DNA of 64,000 nucleotides from a virus. The stretch lies in the IMG/VR virus record IMGVR_UViG_3300025168_000036. One strand, given 5' to 3'. Below, piece after piece: positions 46,856 through 56,996 of the stretch. The stretch's first letter is position 1; each line of letters starts with the position of its first letter. Below the pieces are notes generated by a model. The model did no database searches. It was not told the origin of the DNA and was given only the letters and a program-made list of their open reading frames with translations. The position numbers were made by a program, and so were the translations under genes.

Positions 46856-48721
46856 CTAGTAGTTAACAACTCTTCCTATAATATCTTTTTCAGGATATTT
46901 TATCTCAAATATACTAGGGTCAAGTGATGGGTATATCATATCTTGTCTAGTTGCTTCGTCCATATCATATTTGTTACCTGAATATCCATCAGATGCCCTC
47001 CATTTATTTTGATATCTAACATCAATAACTGATTGAACACCTTCAATATTAGCAAGGTCTAGTATAACATCCTTCTTAATAATAGGCTTACCAAAGTGTT
47101 GTTTTGTTGTATCAAATCTTTCCTTTATCTTTTCAATTGCCCTAAGCAATACTTCATTGGAGTTAAATGAAGGTAGTACAACAATGTCAAAGAATATACC
47201 AAAATTAATAATAAACCCATCTTTTATATTTACTGCATCAGTTAGCATTCTATATTGTGATAGATAATTTCTAAGGTTAAGTTTTGTTGCACTATTTATT
47301 GTTGTAAGATTTCCTCTTGAGTCTTCACCTAATGTATATAGGTTTATTGCTAGTGGATTTTTTATCTCCTCTACAGACTGGGCATTTAATTGTTGGTCTT
47401 GGATTACATATGCTTTTGATATATGACCAAACCTTTGAGGTAGAGACATTGCTCTGAGCATATAATCATCTTTAGTCACTATTCTTTTTTGAGCAGAAAA
47501 GTATGCAAGTGCATTTCTTTTTACATCATCAATTGATTCTGCTCCTGCACCTCCAGTTGCTGGTTCTTCATTTATTACTGCAACAGAAGCTTTTACAATG
47601 TCAACAACACTAGTAGTTAGGCCTTGATCATCTAACTGCTTTGTTATTGAATCTACAGTAACAATCTCCTTTGAGCCAACATTACTTCCAACACCAGTGC
47701 CAACTCTATATGTTACTGTTAGTGTTGTGTTTGCTGGAGCCAAACCGTATGTTCTTGAGTATAAAAAATTTGATGGGTCAAATGCCCTGTCAATTTTATT
47801 TTTCTCTCCTGGTAGCCCAGTTGCAAGATTGTCTGCATTTGGTAGAATCTTTTCATCACTATATGATGATATACCTGAGCCAAAATGAAGCTTATGTCTG
47901 TTTTGCTCAGTGATTGTTGTCTTAAATCTTCTTGGTGTTGTTAGCATACTAAGTATTTTTGGTGTTTGAGTTTTATGATCAGATAATTGAGGATCAAATT
48001 CAAATGAATTAACATCTTCCTTAAATACTGTATCTTGTGCTAAATTATCAACTTCATACCATTCATTTCCATCTGAGTCAACCACACTATCTATTGATAT
48101 TATATTCTCTTCAGTTATTGTAAAAGAGTCATTAGCAACGCCTGTTCCAAAGCTTACATCTTGAGACTTTCTCTCACCGTGTTCTACATCAACATACTTT
48201 TTTAATAAATAGTATTCTGGAGTACCTGTTGTTTGGTTGATTTGATATACACTTACATTTGTTGGATTTGCAGAGCTAGAAGCTGCAAAGTCTACTTGTT
48301 CCATTGTCTGGAAGGATACACCTCCTGCAGTCTTTAGTACTGCATCTGAGTTTATTAACATACAATATGCAAAGTCTGGCCTAGAAGAAGCACCAGTATT
48401 TATTGCTGGTATTAATTGGTATATTGCTACTCTTGCTGTTGAAGGTGTAGTAACTCTAGGTTTATAGCCAAATGTTTGAGCTATTGAATAAACATTTTTT
48501 GATTCTTGAGCTCTATCTAATAGAGTCTCCTTCATTGAATAGTCAGTATACATAGACAATACATCACCTACATATGCAGCCATCTCAATAAACATCATTC
48601 CTGGAGATGCCTCACTAAAGTCATTATAAGTATTTGGAAAGTATGTTTTAGCATACTCTATTAGTGACTTTTTATAGTCATCAAAATCTTTAGTTAAATA
48701 ATTTACATTTTTTTGTGCCAT
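46856..48721 (-). CDS. gp6: Baseplate wedge protein (T4 gp6 / baseplate J-like)
   Basis: DFSEASPGMMFIEMAAYVGDVLS, GYKP, ATGGAGAES, QKRIVTKDDY. Confidence 0.9.
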   Translation of the reverse strand: MAQKNVNYLTKDFDDYKKSLIEYAKTYFPNTYNDFSEASPGMMFIEMAAYVGDVLSMYTDYSMKETLLDRAQESKNVYSIAQTFGYKPRVTTPSTARVAIYQLIPAINTGASSRPDFAYCMLINSDAVLKTAGGVSFQTMEQVDFAASSSANPTNVSVYQINQTTGTPEYYLLKKYVDVEHGERKSQDVSFGTGVANDSFTITEENIISIDSVVDSDGNEWYEVDNLAQDTVFKEDVNSFEFDPQLSDHKTQTPKILSMLTTPRRFKTTITEQNRHKLHFGSGISSYSDEKILPNADNLATGLPGEKNKIDRAFDPSNFLYSRTYGLAPANTTLTVTYRVGTGVGSNVGSKEIVTVDSITKQLDDQGLTTSVVDIVKASVAVINEEPATGGAGAESIDDVKRNALAYFSAQKRIVTKDDYMLRAMSLPQRFGHISKAYVIQDQQLNAQSVEEIKNPLAINLYTLGEDSRGNLTTINSATKLNLRNYLSQYRMLTDAVNIKDGFIINFGIFFDIVVLPSFNSNEVLLRAIEKIKERFDTTKQHFGKPIIKKDVILDLANIEGVQSVIDVRYQNKWRASDGYSGNKYDMDEATRQDMIYPSLDPSIFEIKYPEKDIIGRVVNY

Positions 48722-49287
48722 TATGCAACTCCACTTGTTATTTCTAAGACTTCATTTATATTATATTCCTTTACTGAGAAGCCTAATACTATATGTATCT
48801 TATGTTCTTTTTGCTCAACCTCTAGCTTCTCTATTCTTGCTAATGGCATATATCTATCAAATGCATCTCTAACATTTGCTCTTATTGTTTCATCTAATTC
48901 TGGAATATTATTTTCAAATAGCAAACTATATATGTCTGTTCCGAAGTCTGGGTTCATTAACCTTTCACCCTTATTAGTAAGTATTAAATTTCTTACATTA
49001 CTTATAACTTGATCCTTTGTAAGATATGACAACTTAAATAGTGATGAGCCTTGCTTAACTGGGTCAGTTGCATCTAGTTGCATGCCTGATGTACTAGTTT
49101 CCGCATCAGAATATCCAGACTTAGAATTATTCTCTGAACCAAAAGGCAGTAATATTCCAATTGCCTTACTTTCATCTAAGTCTGCAGGGTTTATTAAGGT
49201 TGTATCTGGAATTGCTGTTCTATTTGAGAATCTAGCATTTACAGATGTCCTTCCTGTATATTCTTTAAGTTGCGGTGTTCTTGCCAT
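48721..49287 (-). CDS. gp25: Baseplate protein gp25-like (sheath initiator)
   Basis: NLILTNKGERLMNPDFGTDI..LLFE. Confidence 0.88.
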   Translation of the reverse strand: MARTPQLKEYTGRTSVNARFSNRTAIPDTTLINPADLDESKAIGILLPFGSENNSKSGYSDAETSTSGMQLDATDPVKQGSSLFKLSYLTKDQVISNVRNLILTNKGERLMNPDFGTDIYSLLFENNIPELDETIRANVRDAFDRYMPLARIEKLEVEQKEHKIHIVLGFSVKEYNINEVLEITSGVA

Positions 49288-49293
49288 TTCTTA

Positions 49294-49710
49294 TTACTTC
49301 TTCTTTTTAGTCATTGCCTTTACTAATTCAGTATAGTCTCTTGTTAGTGCTTTTCCTACTTCGGGAGCAACCTCTCTACCTTGCATATCTTTTGGTACCA
49401 TCTGAGCTACAGTTGGCTTACCACCACTCATCATATCTTGCATGGATGCAAATCCAGCCCTAGCATCTTGAGAGTCATATGCCTTCATTGTTTTATAACC
49501 ATCATTTGCTGTTTCATTTAATGCAGCATTAAGAGATGTATTCTTTGAATAATTAGTTTGTGTAGTACCAAAACTCTCCATCATCTCATTTTGAGCATCC
49601 TGTGCACTTTTCTTATTTTTATCACCAAAAATTGAAACAAGCTGTTTCTCAACCTCTTGTTGTACTATCTCTCTTATAACCTTTGATAATTTGTTCTTAG
49701 CATTTGCCAT
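49294..49710 (-). CDS. Hypothetical protein
   Basis: 138 aa; KVIREIVQQE N-terminus; late motif and SD. Confidence 0.65.
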   Translation of the reverse strand: MANAKNKLSKVIREIVQQEVEKQLVSIFGDKNKKSAQDAQNEMMESFGTTQTNYSKNTSLNAALNETANDGYKTMKAYDSQDARAGFASMQDMMSGGKPTVAQMVPKDMQGREVAPEVGKALTRDYTELVKAMTKKKK

Positions 49711-49731
49711 ATTATTAACTCCTATCTATAT

Positions 49732-49740
49732 ATAAATATC
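49732..49740 (-). promoter_or_regulatory. Putative late promoter GATATTTAT
   Basis: Exact motif. Confidence 0.6.
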
Positions 49741-49752
49741 TAATATATTGTT

Positions 49753-50745
49753 TTATTGTTTCAACTTAGCAACATCTGTTGTTAAACTAACAACCTTTGA
49801 TGCGTTTGTTGCCGGGAATGTAGGGCCTACCCCAGTGTTAAATGTTGCAGTGGCACTAGTAAGAGCTTTTAGCTCATTACCCATACCTTCAATTATATCC
49901 ATTAACTTATCTATATCAACCTTCCATTTTTTTGTTGATATTCCTATCTTGTCCCCTGATGATAATAAGATAGAATCTTTTCTTGAACTTAATATTAATC
50001 TATCTGATCTTATTATTATCTGATTGCCTGCGTACCTATCTACCTTTTCATAGTCTTTATCTAGGTTTGATTCTAGCTTTAATGTTGAAATTGGTGTCTC
50101 AGAGCATAAATAAATTGAATTATCATCACCTATTATATCTTCATTGCCTAAACCTTCCTCTTCATCGGTGTGACATGTTATCATTATCACTGGTTTATTC
50201 TCAGACTTTCCACCAAAAAGTTTTCCAAAAAAGCTTTCCTCAGATGTTGAAGATAGTCTAATTGTCTGTCCACCTCGACCTTCAATAATAACATCACCTT
50301 CAGTTGGGTCCATTCTCTTTGCTGGTCTTGGTTTTGCAAATAAGCCAAAAAAGAATTCTGTTGCATCTGAAGTTAAAGAGGCTTCCTTGGGTGGTATATT
50401 ATCACCTAGCTTTCCGTTTGCATTAATTATATCTGAGTAATAGTATTTGTCATTATTACCTTTTACAACTAATACTTGTTCTCCTGCAAGAGGGACTGAT
50501 CTGAAATATGGGTTTAAAGGAGTTGCCGTAAATGACTTAGGTGTTCCTGGATTACCCATATTTAATCCATCAACTGCTGATAGCCTTATAGAATCTGCAC
50601 CTTCGAAATCCTTCTTCTCTCTTTTTCCAGCTGCAGCTGAGACACTTGCAATAAATACTGTTTCATCTGCTTTCGCACCTTTATTTTCATTAGTTGTAGA
50701 TGAAAAAAATTTAGACCTTGTTGCTCCAGTTTTATACTTAGACAT
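49753..50745 (-). CDS. Baseplate hub / central spike protein (gp5/VgrG-like)
   Basis: PL.GEQV, EGDVIIEGRGGQTIRL, QIIIRSDRLILSS, TGVGPT; lies upstream of gp25. Confidence 0.6.
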   Translation of the reverse strand: MSKYKTGATRSKFFSSTTNENKGAKADETVFIASVSAAAGKREKKDFEGADSIRLSAVDGLNMGNPGTPKSFTATPLNPYFRSVPLAGEQVLVVKGNNDKYYYSDIINANGKLGDNIPPKEASLTSDATEFFFGLFAKPRPAKRMDPTEGDVIIEGRGGQTIRLSSTSEESFFGKLFGGKSENKPVIMITCHTDEEEGLGNEDIIGDDNSIYLCSETPISTLKLESNLDKDYEKVDRYAGNQIIIRSDRLILSSRKDSILLSSGDKIGISTKKWKVDIDKLMDIIEGMGNELKALTSATATFNTGVGPTFPATNASKVVSLTTDVAKLKQ

Positions 50746-51094
50746 TTTTCTTATCCTTATCAGATTTCACCATATCTTCTGCAGCTGCTAATAGCTGTTT
50801 TTTCTCATCATCTGTGAGTAGTGGTGAATCATTATTTTTATTTTCTGGTCTTGCCATAGCTCTTTGCACAATTGCAGCCATCTTAACAAGGTGTTCATCA
50901 TTTTTTACTGAAGCTTCTAGGTATTCTTTTATTAGAGGTACTATAAGTGTAGCATCACCAGAGTTTTTTATTAGAGGTTGAAGATCTGCTATTAGCAGCT
51001 TTATTTGTCTATCCTTTGACTTAGAATTCAAATAAATGTCTTCTAATAGACCTGAAAAAGTCTTTCCCTTAAATAGTTCTAAATTTCCATCCAT
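50738..51094 (-). CDS. Hypothetical helical protein
   Basis: 118 aa; late motif 7 nt upstream. Confidence 0.65.
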   Translation of the reverse strand: MDGNLELFKGKTFSGLLEDIYLNSKSKDRQIKLLIADLQPLIKNSGDATLIVPLIKEYLEASVKNDEHLVKMAAIVQRAMARPENKNNDSPLLTDDEKKQLLAAAEDMVKSDKDKKNV

Positions 51095-51101
51095 ATCAAT
51101 A

Positions 51102-51110
51102 ATAAATATC
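51102..51110 (-). promoter_or_regulatory. Putative late promoter GATATTTAT
   Basis: Exact motif. Confidence 0.6.
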
Positions 51111-51117
51111 AGTAAGT

Positions 51118-51894
51118 CTAAAACCTACCAGAGTTTTGATAGTTGTTATACTTTTCAATGAAGTGGACTTTAATTGCATTAACAACTCTTGTTATATATT
51201 GAGTCTTTACATCAGACATTTCTCTTATCATAATATATATTGCTTTCTTATTAAAGTTCTCAATGTCTTCACGCCTCTTAAATATTTCAATAATTGAATG
51301 AAGTATTTTTATATCTCTATCCTTTGTCACAACCTTTGTTGGATTTCTTTCCATCCAGCTTGTAAACTGATCCATAAATTCTGAAAGTTCAGACTGCTCC
51401 TTATCCTTTATTATTTCATTTGTGACATTTCTTGTCTTATCAATTAGGTCAACACTTCTACGTGCACACATCTTTTTGTAGTTATTGTTATTATGTAGTA
51501 TTAACCAATTTTTTGCAACTATAGAAAAGTATGAAAATGCCTTACCTTTGTCTGCAGTAAATTTATTTAGCTTTTCTAATAGGTGAACAATTACTTCGTG
51601 TTGAACTTCTCTAGTTGGGTAGTCAAAATAATAAAACTTAAATCTATGAATTAAATTTTCAGTCAATTTCATAAAAGGATAATTTATATGCTCTGCATAT
51701 ACCCTATTTCTTTTTATCGGATCTGGTTCGTTATTATATGCTATAATTGCAGCTTGTGTATCTTCTGTAAAGTATTGCTTTTTTGATCTAGGTCTTCCTC
51801 TCTTTCTTTTTTGTGGGCCTAGTGCTGCTAGTCTTGCTTCCTCTACTTTTTTTGCTTGAAGGTCTATATAGAATTGATCTACTGAGCTTTTCAA
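51118..51894 (-). CDS. Phage sigma factor (gp55-like late sigma) with N-terminal AT-hook-like motif
   Basis: KLTENLI..F.F, KF...KGKAFSYFSIVAKN (sigma region 2-like); KRGRPR; TTG start. Confidence 0.75.
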   Translation of the reverse strand: MKSSVDQFYIDLQAKKVEEARLAALGPQKRKRGRPRSKKQYFTEDTQAAIIAYNNEPDPIKRNRVYAEHINYPFMKLTENLIHRFKFYYFDYPTREVQHEVIVHLLEKLNKFTADKGKAFSYFSIVAKNWLILHNNNNYKKMCARRSVDLIDKTRNVTNEIIKDKEQSELSEFMDQFTSWMERNPTKVVTKDRDIKILHSIIEIFKRREDIENFNKKAIYIMIREMSDVKTQYITRVVNAIKVHFIEKYNNYQNSGRF

Positions 51895-52166
51895 TTATCA
51901 TCTCCTCTTAAGTTTTTAATTACATCATTAAGTTGTTTAAATGTTTGGCCAACCTCATCATCTGTCTCAAAGATGTCTTTTGAATCTATCTCTTGCATCT
52001 TATCATAAGAATCTTTTATTGCACTTTCAAGCTCAATAATTCTATCTTCTGATTCTAAAATTTGATCAACAATACCTTCATACTTTCTTAGAATATTCCA
52101 AGTTACAAATGATAAAACTATAATTGTAATTGATAGTGCTATATATATGTATATATGTATATCCAT
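51891..52166 (-). CDS. Membrane-anchored coiled-coil protein
   Basis: N-terminal TM helix; FETDDEVG. Confidence 0.65.
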   Translation of the reverse strand: MDIHIYIYIALSITIIVLSFVTWNILRKYEGIVDQILESEDRIIELESAIKDSYDKMQEIDSKDIFETDDEVGQTFKQLNDVIKNLRGDDN

Positions 52167-52888
52167 TATTTATCTCCAAATAGCTCATCAAATAATTTTG
52201 ACTTGTCATTTTTAGGTTTACTAGACTTTCTATATTTCCAATTTTCAAATTCTATTCTAGATGCCATGTGATCTGCATGGTGCATTACTATTGGTAAGTT
52301 TGCACGAAGACTTCTTTCTGGTAGATAGGACTTTAAGTATGTATCATTTGAACCATCATATACTCCATCATGTGTAAGTATACCAATCATTTCATTTTGT
52401 GATACCTTAATCCCAAACTCCTGTAATAGCCAAAGACTTCTGTGGGGTACAGACATATGTGTTATATCTGGATTATTTGTATAAATCTTTCCTTGATTTT
52501 TTCTGTGCCATTCACTTGGATTTGGTATATAGTATTCGTTATCAATGTCTCCTACCTTACCTAAGTCATGGTTAAGAGCTACAAACATTAGCTCCTCTCG
52601 TGTATAGTTATCCATGTATGCACCCATTTGTCTCCACATATTATATAATTGCTCTGCACACTTCATTACATTTAATACATGCGAAACATATCCACCTATA
52701 AATGAATTATGAAAATGTTCTATTCCAGATGCAGGAGCCATCATAATTTGGTCTTGCATCTTTGTATATAAGTCTAGTAAAGCTTCCTGCCTTTCCCCAC
52801 TAAAATTATCTTTAATATTTTTTGTTAAATCATTCCAATTACTTGTTAGTAATTCTGCTGATAAATCTTTACTGTTTTTTGGTATCAT
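52166..52888 (-). CDS. HD-domain phosphohydrolase
   Basis: SHV...NHDLGK...H...HDG...HHAD; likely start 52888 (ATGA overlap). Confidence 0.85.
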   Translation of the reverse strand: MIPKNSKDLSAELLTSNWNDLTKNIKDNFSGERQEALLDLYTKMQDQIMMAPASGIEHFHNSFIGGYVSHVLNVMKCAEQLYNMWRQMGAYMDNYTREELMFVALNHDLGKVGDIDNEYYIPNPSEWHRKNQGKIYTNNPDITHMSVPHRSLWLLQEFGIKVSQNEMIGILTHDGVYDGSNDTYLKSYLPERSLRANLPIVMHHADHMASRIEFENWKYRKSSKPKNDKSKLFDELFGDK

Positions 52889-53481
52889 TTGAATTCTCCT
52901 TGTCTTATCCACTTTGTTGCTATAAACTTTTCACCACTTATTACTGGCCTACCACAATGGTATGATAGATTATTTTCATCGTATTTTGTATTTCCAAAAT
53001 TACTTAAGCCTACCAGGTTTGACCATATTACACACCTACCTATTTTAGGCATTATCTTTAGATTTTCATAGTTAAGAAACTCTGTTTCACCACCTTCAAA
53101 ATTGTCATTAAGATAATAAAGTGCAGTTGCAATTCTATTTCCGCCATTTAATATTGCTGAATCATATAGTTCAGATTCTCTATGAAAGAAGTCATAGTGT
53201 GGCTTATATTGTTCTGTCCTTTTATATCTTATTAGTGATGTTAGTTCATAATTAGTTGAAGGTATTTTTGTTAGCTTTTCTGTTACAGAATTTAATTTAT
53301 TTTCTAGCTCAGAGTTTTTATCTAACCACCTCTGATTACTTGTCCTATAGCCTTTTGCATCACCTTGAAGTGGTTGATTAGTAAACGGCTTTACTGAAAA
53401 GTTTATTAATTCAAAACATTCTTTGTCTGTTAGGACGCTATCATAAACCTTAAGCCATCCATTATCAACTATTAATTCCAT
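52885..53481 (-). CDS. 2OG-Fe(II) oxygenase, prolyl 4-hydroxylase-like
   Basis: YKPHYDFF (HxD), RIATALYYLND..EGGETEF, H.GRPV..GEKF. Confidence 0.9.
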   Translation of the reverse strand: MELIVDNGWLKVYDSVLTDKECFELINFSVKPFTNQPLQGDAKGYRTSNQRWLDKNSELENKLNSVTEKLTKIPSTNYELTSLIRYKRTEQYKPHYDFFHRESELYDSAILNGGNRIATALYYLNDNFEGGETEFLNYENLKIMPKIGRCVIWSNLVGLSNFGNTKYDENNLSYHCGRPVISGEKFIATKWIRQGEFK

Positions 53482-53482
53482 A

Positions 53483-54106
53483 TTATCCTATTAAATCTAT
53501 TAAGCCTAATTCCAATGCCTCTTCGGAAGATAAAAACATATCTGTTCTAGTATTCTCTCTCCACCATTCAACATCCTTATTTGTAGACTCAGACAATAGC
53601 ACCAAAGAGTCTTCTTCCATCTTCTTATATTGCTTAGCAGATGCCTGTATATCAGAATTCTTTCCGTATCTTCCTCCAGATGCCTGGTGCAACATTATTG
53701 TTGAATGTTTACTACATATTCTTGAACCTGTTGCACAAGCTAAAAGCATTGCAGCTGCAGACATTGCCTGACCTCTAACAATAATATTTACTTTAACCTT
53801 TAGTGATTTTATATAATCAATAATAGCAAACATCTCAAACATACAGCCTCCAGATGAGTTAACAACAATTGTAATAGGTTCACTTGATTTCTCTTCAGGT
53901 CTCTCCCTTAATAGTGTCCTACACTTTGTACAAAGATCATAGAAAGTGTACTCCTCTATTTCACCTATAAGGTAAACTATGCTATCATCAATGTTAATTC
54001 CATGTATGATTTCTGTGAATTTATCTGTAGGTGTTTCTATATTAGGTTTATTACTATCTATAGACACCTCTGTCTTATCACCGTAAATTTTTTTCATATT
54101 AATCAA
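53483..54106 (-). CDS. clpP: ClpP-like serine protease
   Basis: NSSGG, GQAMSAA (Ser), IMLHQ (His), D.FLSSEEALELGLID (Asp). Confidence 0.9.
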   Translation of the reverse strand: MINMKKIYGDKTEVSIDSNKPNIETPTDKFTEIIHGINIDDSIVYLIGEIEEYTFYDLCTKCRTLLRERPEEKSSEPITIVVNSSGGCMFEMFAIIDYIKSLKVKVNIIVRGQAMSAAAMLLACATGSRICSKHSTIMLHQASGGRYGKNSDIQASAKQYKKMEEDSLVLLSESTNKDVEWWRENTRTDMFLSSEEALELGLIDLIG

Positions 54107-54320
54107 ATAAAAGTTTTAATTGTGCTTTATCAGCTTCGTGTTCATTATTCTTTGGTTTAGGGAAAGCACACTCAACACTTGTGTCTGCATAACCTAATGA
54201 CTTAGCCATTCTTACACATATATTTCTAAACTCGAATGCAGTTAGTCCATTGCTAAATTCTAATTCGATTTTAGAAGGTTCTTTAGTTGAAATACCCCTA
54301 ACATAAGTTAGCTTATCCAT
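54099..54320 (-). CDS. Hypothetical protein
   Basis: 73 aa, SD AAGGAG. Confidence 0.65.
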   Translation of the reverse strand: MDKLTYVRGISTKEPSKIELEFSNGLTAFEFRNICVRMAKSLGYADTSVECAFPKPKNNEHEADKAQLKLLFD

Positions 54321-54369
54321 TTTGTTCTCCTTCTTGAGTTATTAGTAATTATAGTAATATAATAAAAAT

Positions 54370-54921
54370 TTATGAAGAATGAAAATTTCCATCGAGGTAT
54401 TTTTGTATATCTTCTTGAGAAAACTTACCTTTTAATAATCTAGTAAAATATCTTATTTCTTTCATAATAGGCTTCTTATCTTTTTTCCACCTTGTTTTAT
54501 CTAGAGTCTTTTTTAATTTATGTAAGTTAACACCTGAAATTCTTTTTAGATCTTCTTTTTGCTTAGACTTAAGCTTTAATCTTTCTTTGACCTTCGTTGC
54601 TGGTAGTGTGCCTTTTAGTTTTGGTTGCTCCTCACCTTTATGAAATACTCTACCATCCTTATGAACAAATTCCTTCATCCATCTCCAACCTCTATGGAAG
54701 CCTGTAGGTTTACTTGTTTGTTGGTCAATATCACCAAACTGTTCTTTATATCCATCTGACACACATGTGGAGCATGTAGTTGATTGTGTATCACCAGATA
54801 CTGGAGTAAATTGGCCACAAACTTTACATTCCATATATCTATACATAGCACCCTTTCTTTGATTCCAAGCTGTGCCAGGTCTATATTCTACACAATATTC
54901 TATATCACTATCTTTTTTCAT
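54370..54921 (-). CDS. Zinc-ribbon basic protein
   Basis: CKVC...CSTC; RGWRWMKEFVHKDG.VF.KGEEQP.LKGTL. Confidence 0.7.
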   Translation of the reverse strand: MKKDSDIEYCVEYRPGTAWNQRKGAMYRYMECKVCGQFTPVSGDTQSTTCSTCVSDGYKEQFGDIDQQTSKPTGFHRGWRWMKEFVHKDGRVFHKGEEQPKLKGTLPATKVKERLKLKSKQKEDLKRISGVNLHKLKKTLDKTRWKKDKKPIMKEIRYFTRLLKGKFSQEDIQKYLDGNFHSS

Positions 54922-55870
54922 AGTTCTTAATTTTTTTAGTTAATTTATCCCTTTCAATTTGTAGGTCCTTAAGACCCTTTTCTCCATATATATCACTATT
55001 AGAAGTTTTTTCTTCGGGAAAAGCAGCAATAACTTCATCTATTGTATATGGTGTGTTGAATTCCAAGCCGTCTGGCTTAGACATCTTAACTTGATCATCA
55101 AAGTCTATATTAGGCTTTAATTGTGCGAATGCCATGTTTGCAGCTATTACCATTGCAATAGCTAATGGGTCAAATACAAATATAATTAATATCATAAACC
55201 AATTTACAATATTTCCCATAGGTTGGCCTGTTAGATCAGCCATATACTTTAGTGGGCCTAATTCTCTAGCAGACTCATTACCTATTTGCATTTCCAGTAT
55301 CTTTACATCATATAATGCTATTGAATCTGTTACTGATGTTAGATTTAACTTGGCTTCTAATAGTTCTGATTGTTTTAGTTTTCTAACTCTTGATGAGGTT
55401 GTAGTTACTAATTGTCCAGTCTGCTCGTCAACATATTGAATCATTGTTGGATTTGCTAGTGCAGTTGTTAACTCTTTTACTGTTAGCTTATAGTCATCTC
55501 TAGACTCAATAAATCTGATATTTTTTGCATCTAAAATTTGTACTTGCTTATCTAAGAACTCTGATTGTGTATTTGTTTCTTGGAATGCTCCAGATAAGAA
55601 TCCATATATACCACCTGATGTAATTATCATTAATATAAATACTGCAAGTATTAGATATGATCTTAACCATTTATTGACTACCTCCCAATATTGATATAGC
55701 AAAGAAGCAACAATTAGCTTTGCAACTTCAAGTGTACCAGCCATTATTATAACTTCAGTACTTGCACCTGCAAATAGCTTACTTAGTCCAAATACTGAGT
55801 AAAATGCTGCAGAAGCAGACACTGAAAGTGCTGATATTGCTATTATAAAAGGAAATAGTCTCTTTCTCAT
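54908..55870 (-). CDS. Multi-pass membrane protein with coiled-coil loop
   Basis: Three N-terminal TMs, coiled coil, C-terminal TM IIFVFDPLAI. Confidence 0.75.
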   Translation of the reverse strand: MRKRLFPFIIAISALSVSASAAFYSVFGLSKLFAGASTEVIIMAGTLEVAKLIVASLLYQYWEVVNKWLRSYLILAVFILMIITSGGIYGFLSGAFQETNTQSEFLDKQVQILDAKNIRFIESRDDYKLTVKELTTALANPTMIQYVDEQTGQLVTTTSSRVRKLKQSELLEAKLNLTSVTDSIALYDVKILEMQIGNESARELGPLKYMADLTGQPMGNIVNWFMILIIFVFDPLAIAMVIAANMAFAQLKPNIDFDDQVKMSKPDGLEFNTPYTIDEVIAAFPEEKTSNSDIYGEKGLKDLQIERDKLTKKIKNYEKR

Positions 55871-56074
55871 TTATCTTTCTAAGCTAATATAATATCTTAT
55901 CTTTTCATTTATTTTATGAATAACATTAAGCTCTCTTCTAATCTCACTTACATGAATATTATCAGTTGCTGATTTTAACATCATTTCTTCTACTTTCTTT
56001 ACTTGAAATTCTAAATTTTGTGAAAGTTGCTCTACTTCCTCTTTAAACTTCATTGCTGTCCAAACTTGTCCCAT
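55871..56074 (-). CDS. Hypothetical protein
   Basis: 67 aa, abutting both neighbours. Confidence 0.6.
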   Translation of the reverse strand: MGQVWTAMKFKEEVEQLSQNLEFQVKKVEEMMLKSATDNIHVSEIRRELNVIHKINEKIRYYISLER

Positions 56075-56076
56075 AA

Positions 56077-56718
56077 CTATTTCTCTCCTAGTCTTTCATA
56101 CATTATAGTATGAATTTGTTTATTATTGTATGGATTTTCGATAATTCTGTATCTTATATTTCCAATACCTTCCTTGATTAATTTTAATTTTATATTTTCA
56201 ATGCTACTAAGATTATATGAACTTAGAGCAACTGTTTTTGTCTTTTCTAAAAAGGATACCTTAATAGAATTAAATATATCATTCTCTGAATGTTCATAGT
56301 AGATCTTATTAACTATATTATATATATTATCTAGATCTTTTTTAGTACCTTTTGGCTTTAGTGGAGCCATCATATTTTCTAATGTCTTTAGAAAGTCTGA
56401 CTTTTGATCTGAATTCATATCTAATAAGCCTGAAATAAAGTCATCTAATACATCTTCAAACCTTTGATTAATTATATAATCCTGATATGTTTCACTAAAA
56501 GGCATAGACTTAGGGTTATAAGACCCATCACTATAATCTCCATTATCAGGTACAAAACTACTAGTATTATTCCATGATTCCCAATCCATAGGTTTATCTT
56601 TATTAATACTGTTTGTAAATTTATACATACAATCACTTAGCCTTCTATCTTTAATAAAAGGTACACAATTAGTCATATCCTTTAAGGACATTACATATAA
56701 TTTTATTTTTCGTTCCAT
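56077..56718 (-). CDS. Hypothetical protein
   Basis: 213 aa ORF. Confidence 0.6.
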   Translation of the reverse strand: MERKIKLYVMSLKDMTNCVPFIKDRRLSDCMYKFTNSINKDKPMDWESWNNTSSFVPDNGDYSDGSYNPKSMPFSETYQDYIINQRFEDVLDDFISGLLDMNSDQKSDFLKTLENMMAPLKPKGTKKDLDNIYNIVNKIYYEHSENDIFNSIKVSFLEKTKTVALSSYNLSSIENIKLKLIKEGIGNIRYRIIENPYNNKQIHTIMYERLGEK

Positions 56719-56996
56719 ACCTCCTCCTTTAATTTAACTAATACAGCACACCTCTCATACCATTCATATGCTGTATAATGTTCTATTAATAAATCAATGA
56801 CTTCATTAAAGTCAATGTTCTTATTGTATGGATCAAATGGTAAAGGTATCCTATCAGCATTTTCAACAAACAATGTTTTATACTTAAACTTTCCAGTAAG
56901 AATATTAAATGCATTATCCATTGCATCATCAACTAATTCAACTTCATCAGTCTCAAATTTGTCATCCTTAAAAAAATTTTCCATACCTTTTTCCAT
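56703..56996 (-). CDS. Hypothetical protein with UVR-like helix pair
   Basis: C-terminal EWYERCAVL.KL. Confidence 0.6.
   Translation of the reverse strand: MEKGMENFFKDDKFETDEVELVDDAMDNAFNILTGKFKYKTLFVENADRIPLPFDPYNKNIDFNEVIDLLIEHYTAYEWYERCAVLVKLKEEVWNEK

Noticed and set aside
50738-51094. Possible terminase small subunit
   Set aside because: Helical and late-promoted, but no motif I can recognise and far from TerL; left as hypothetical.
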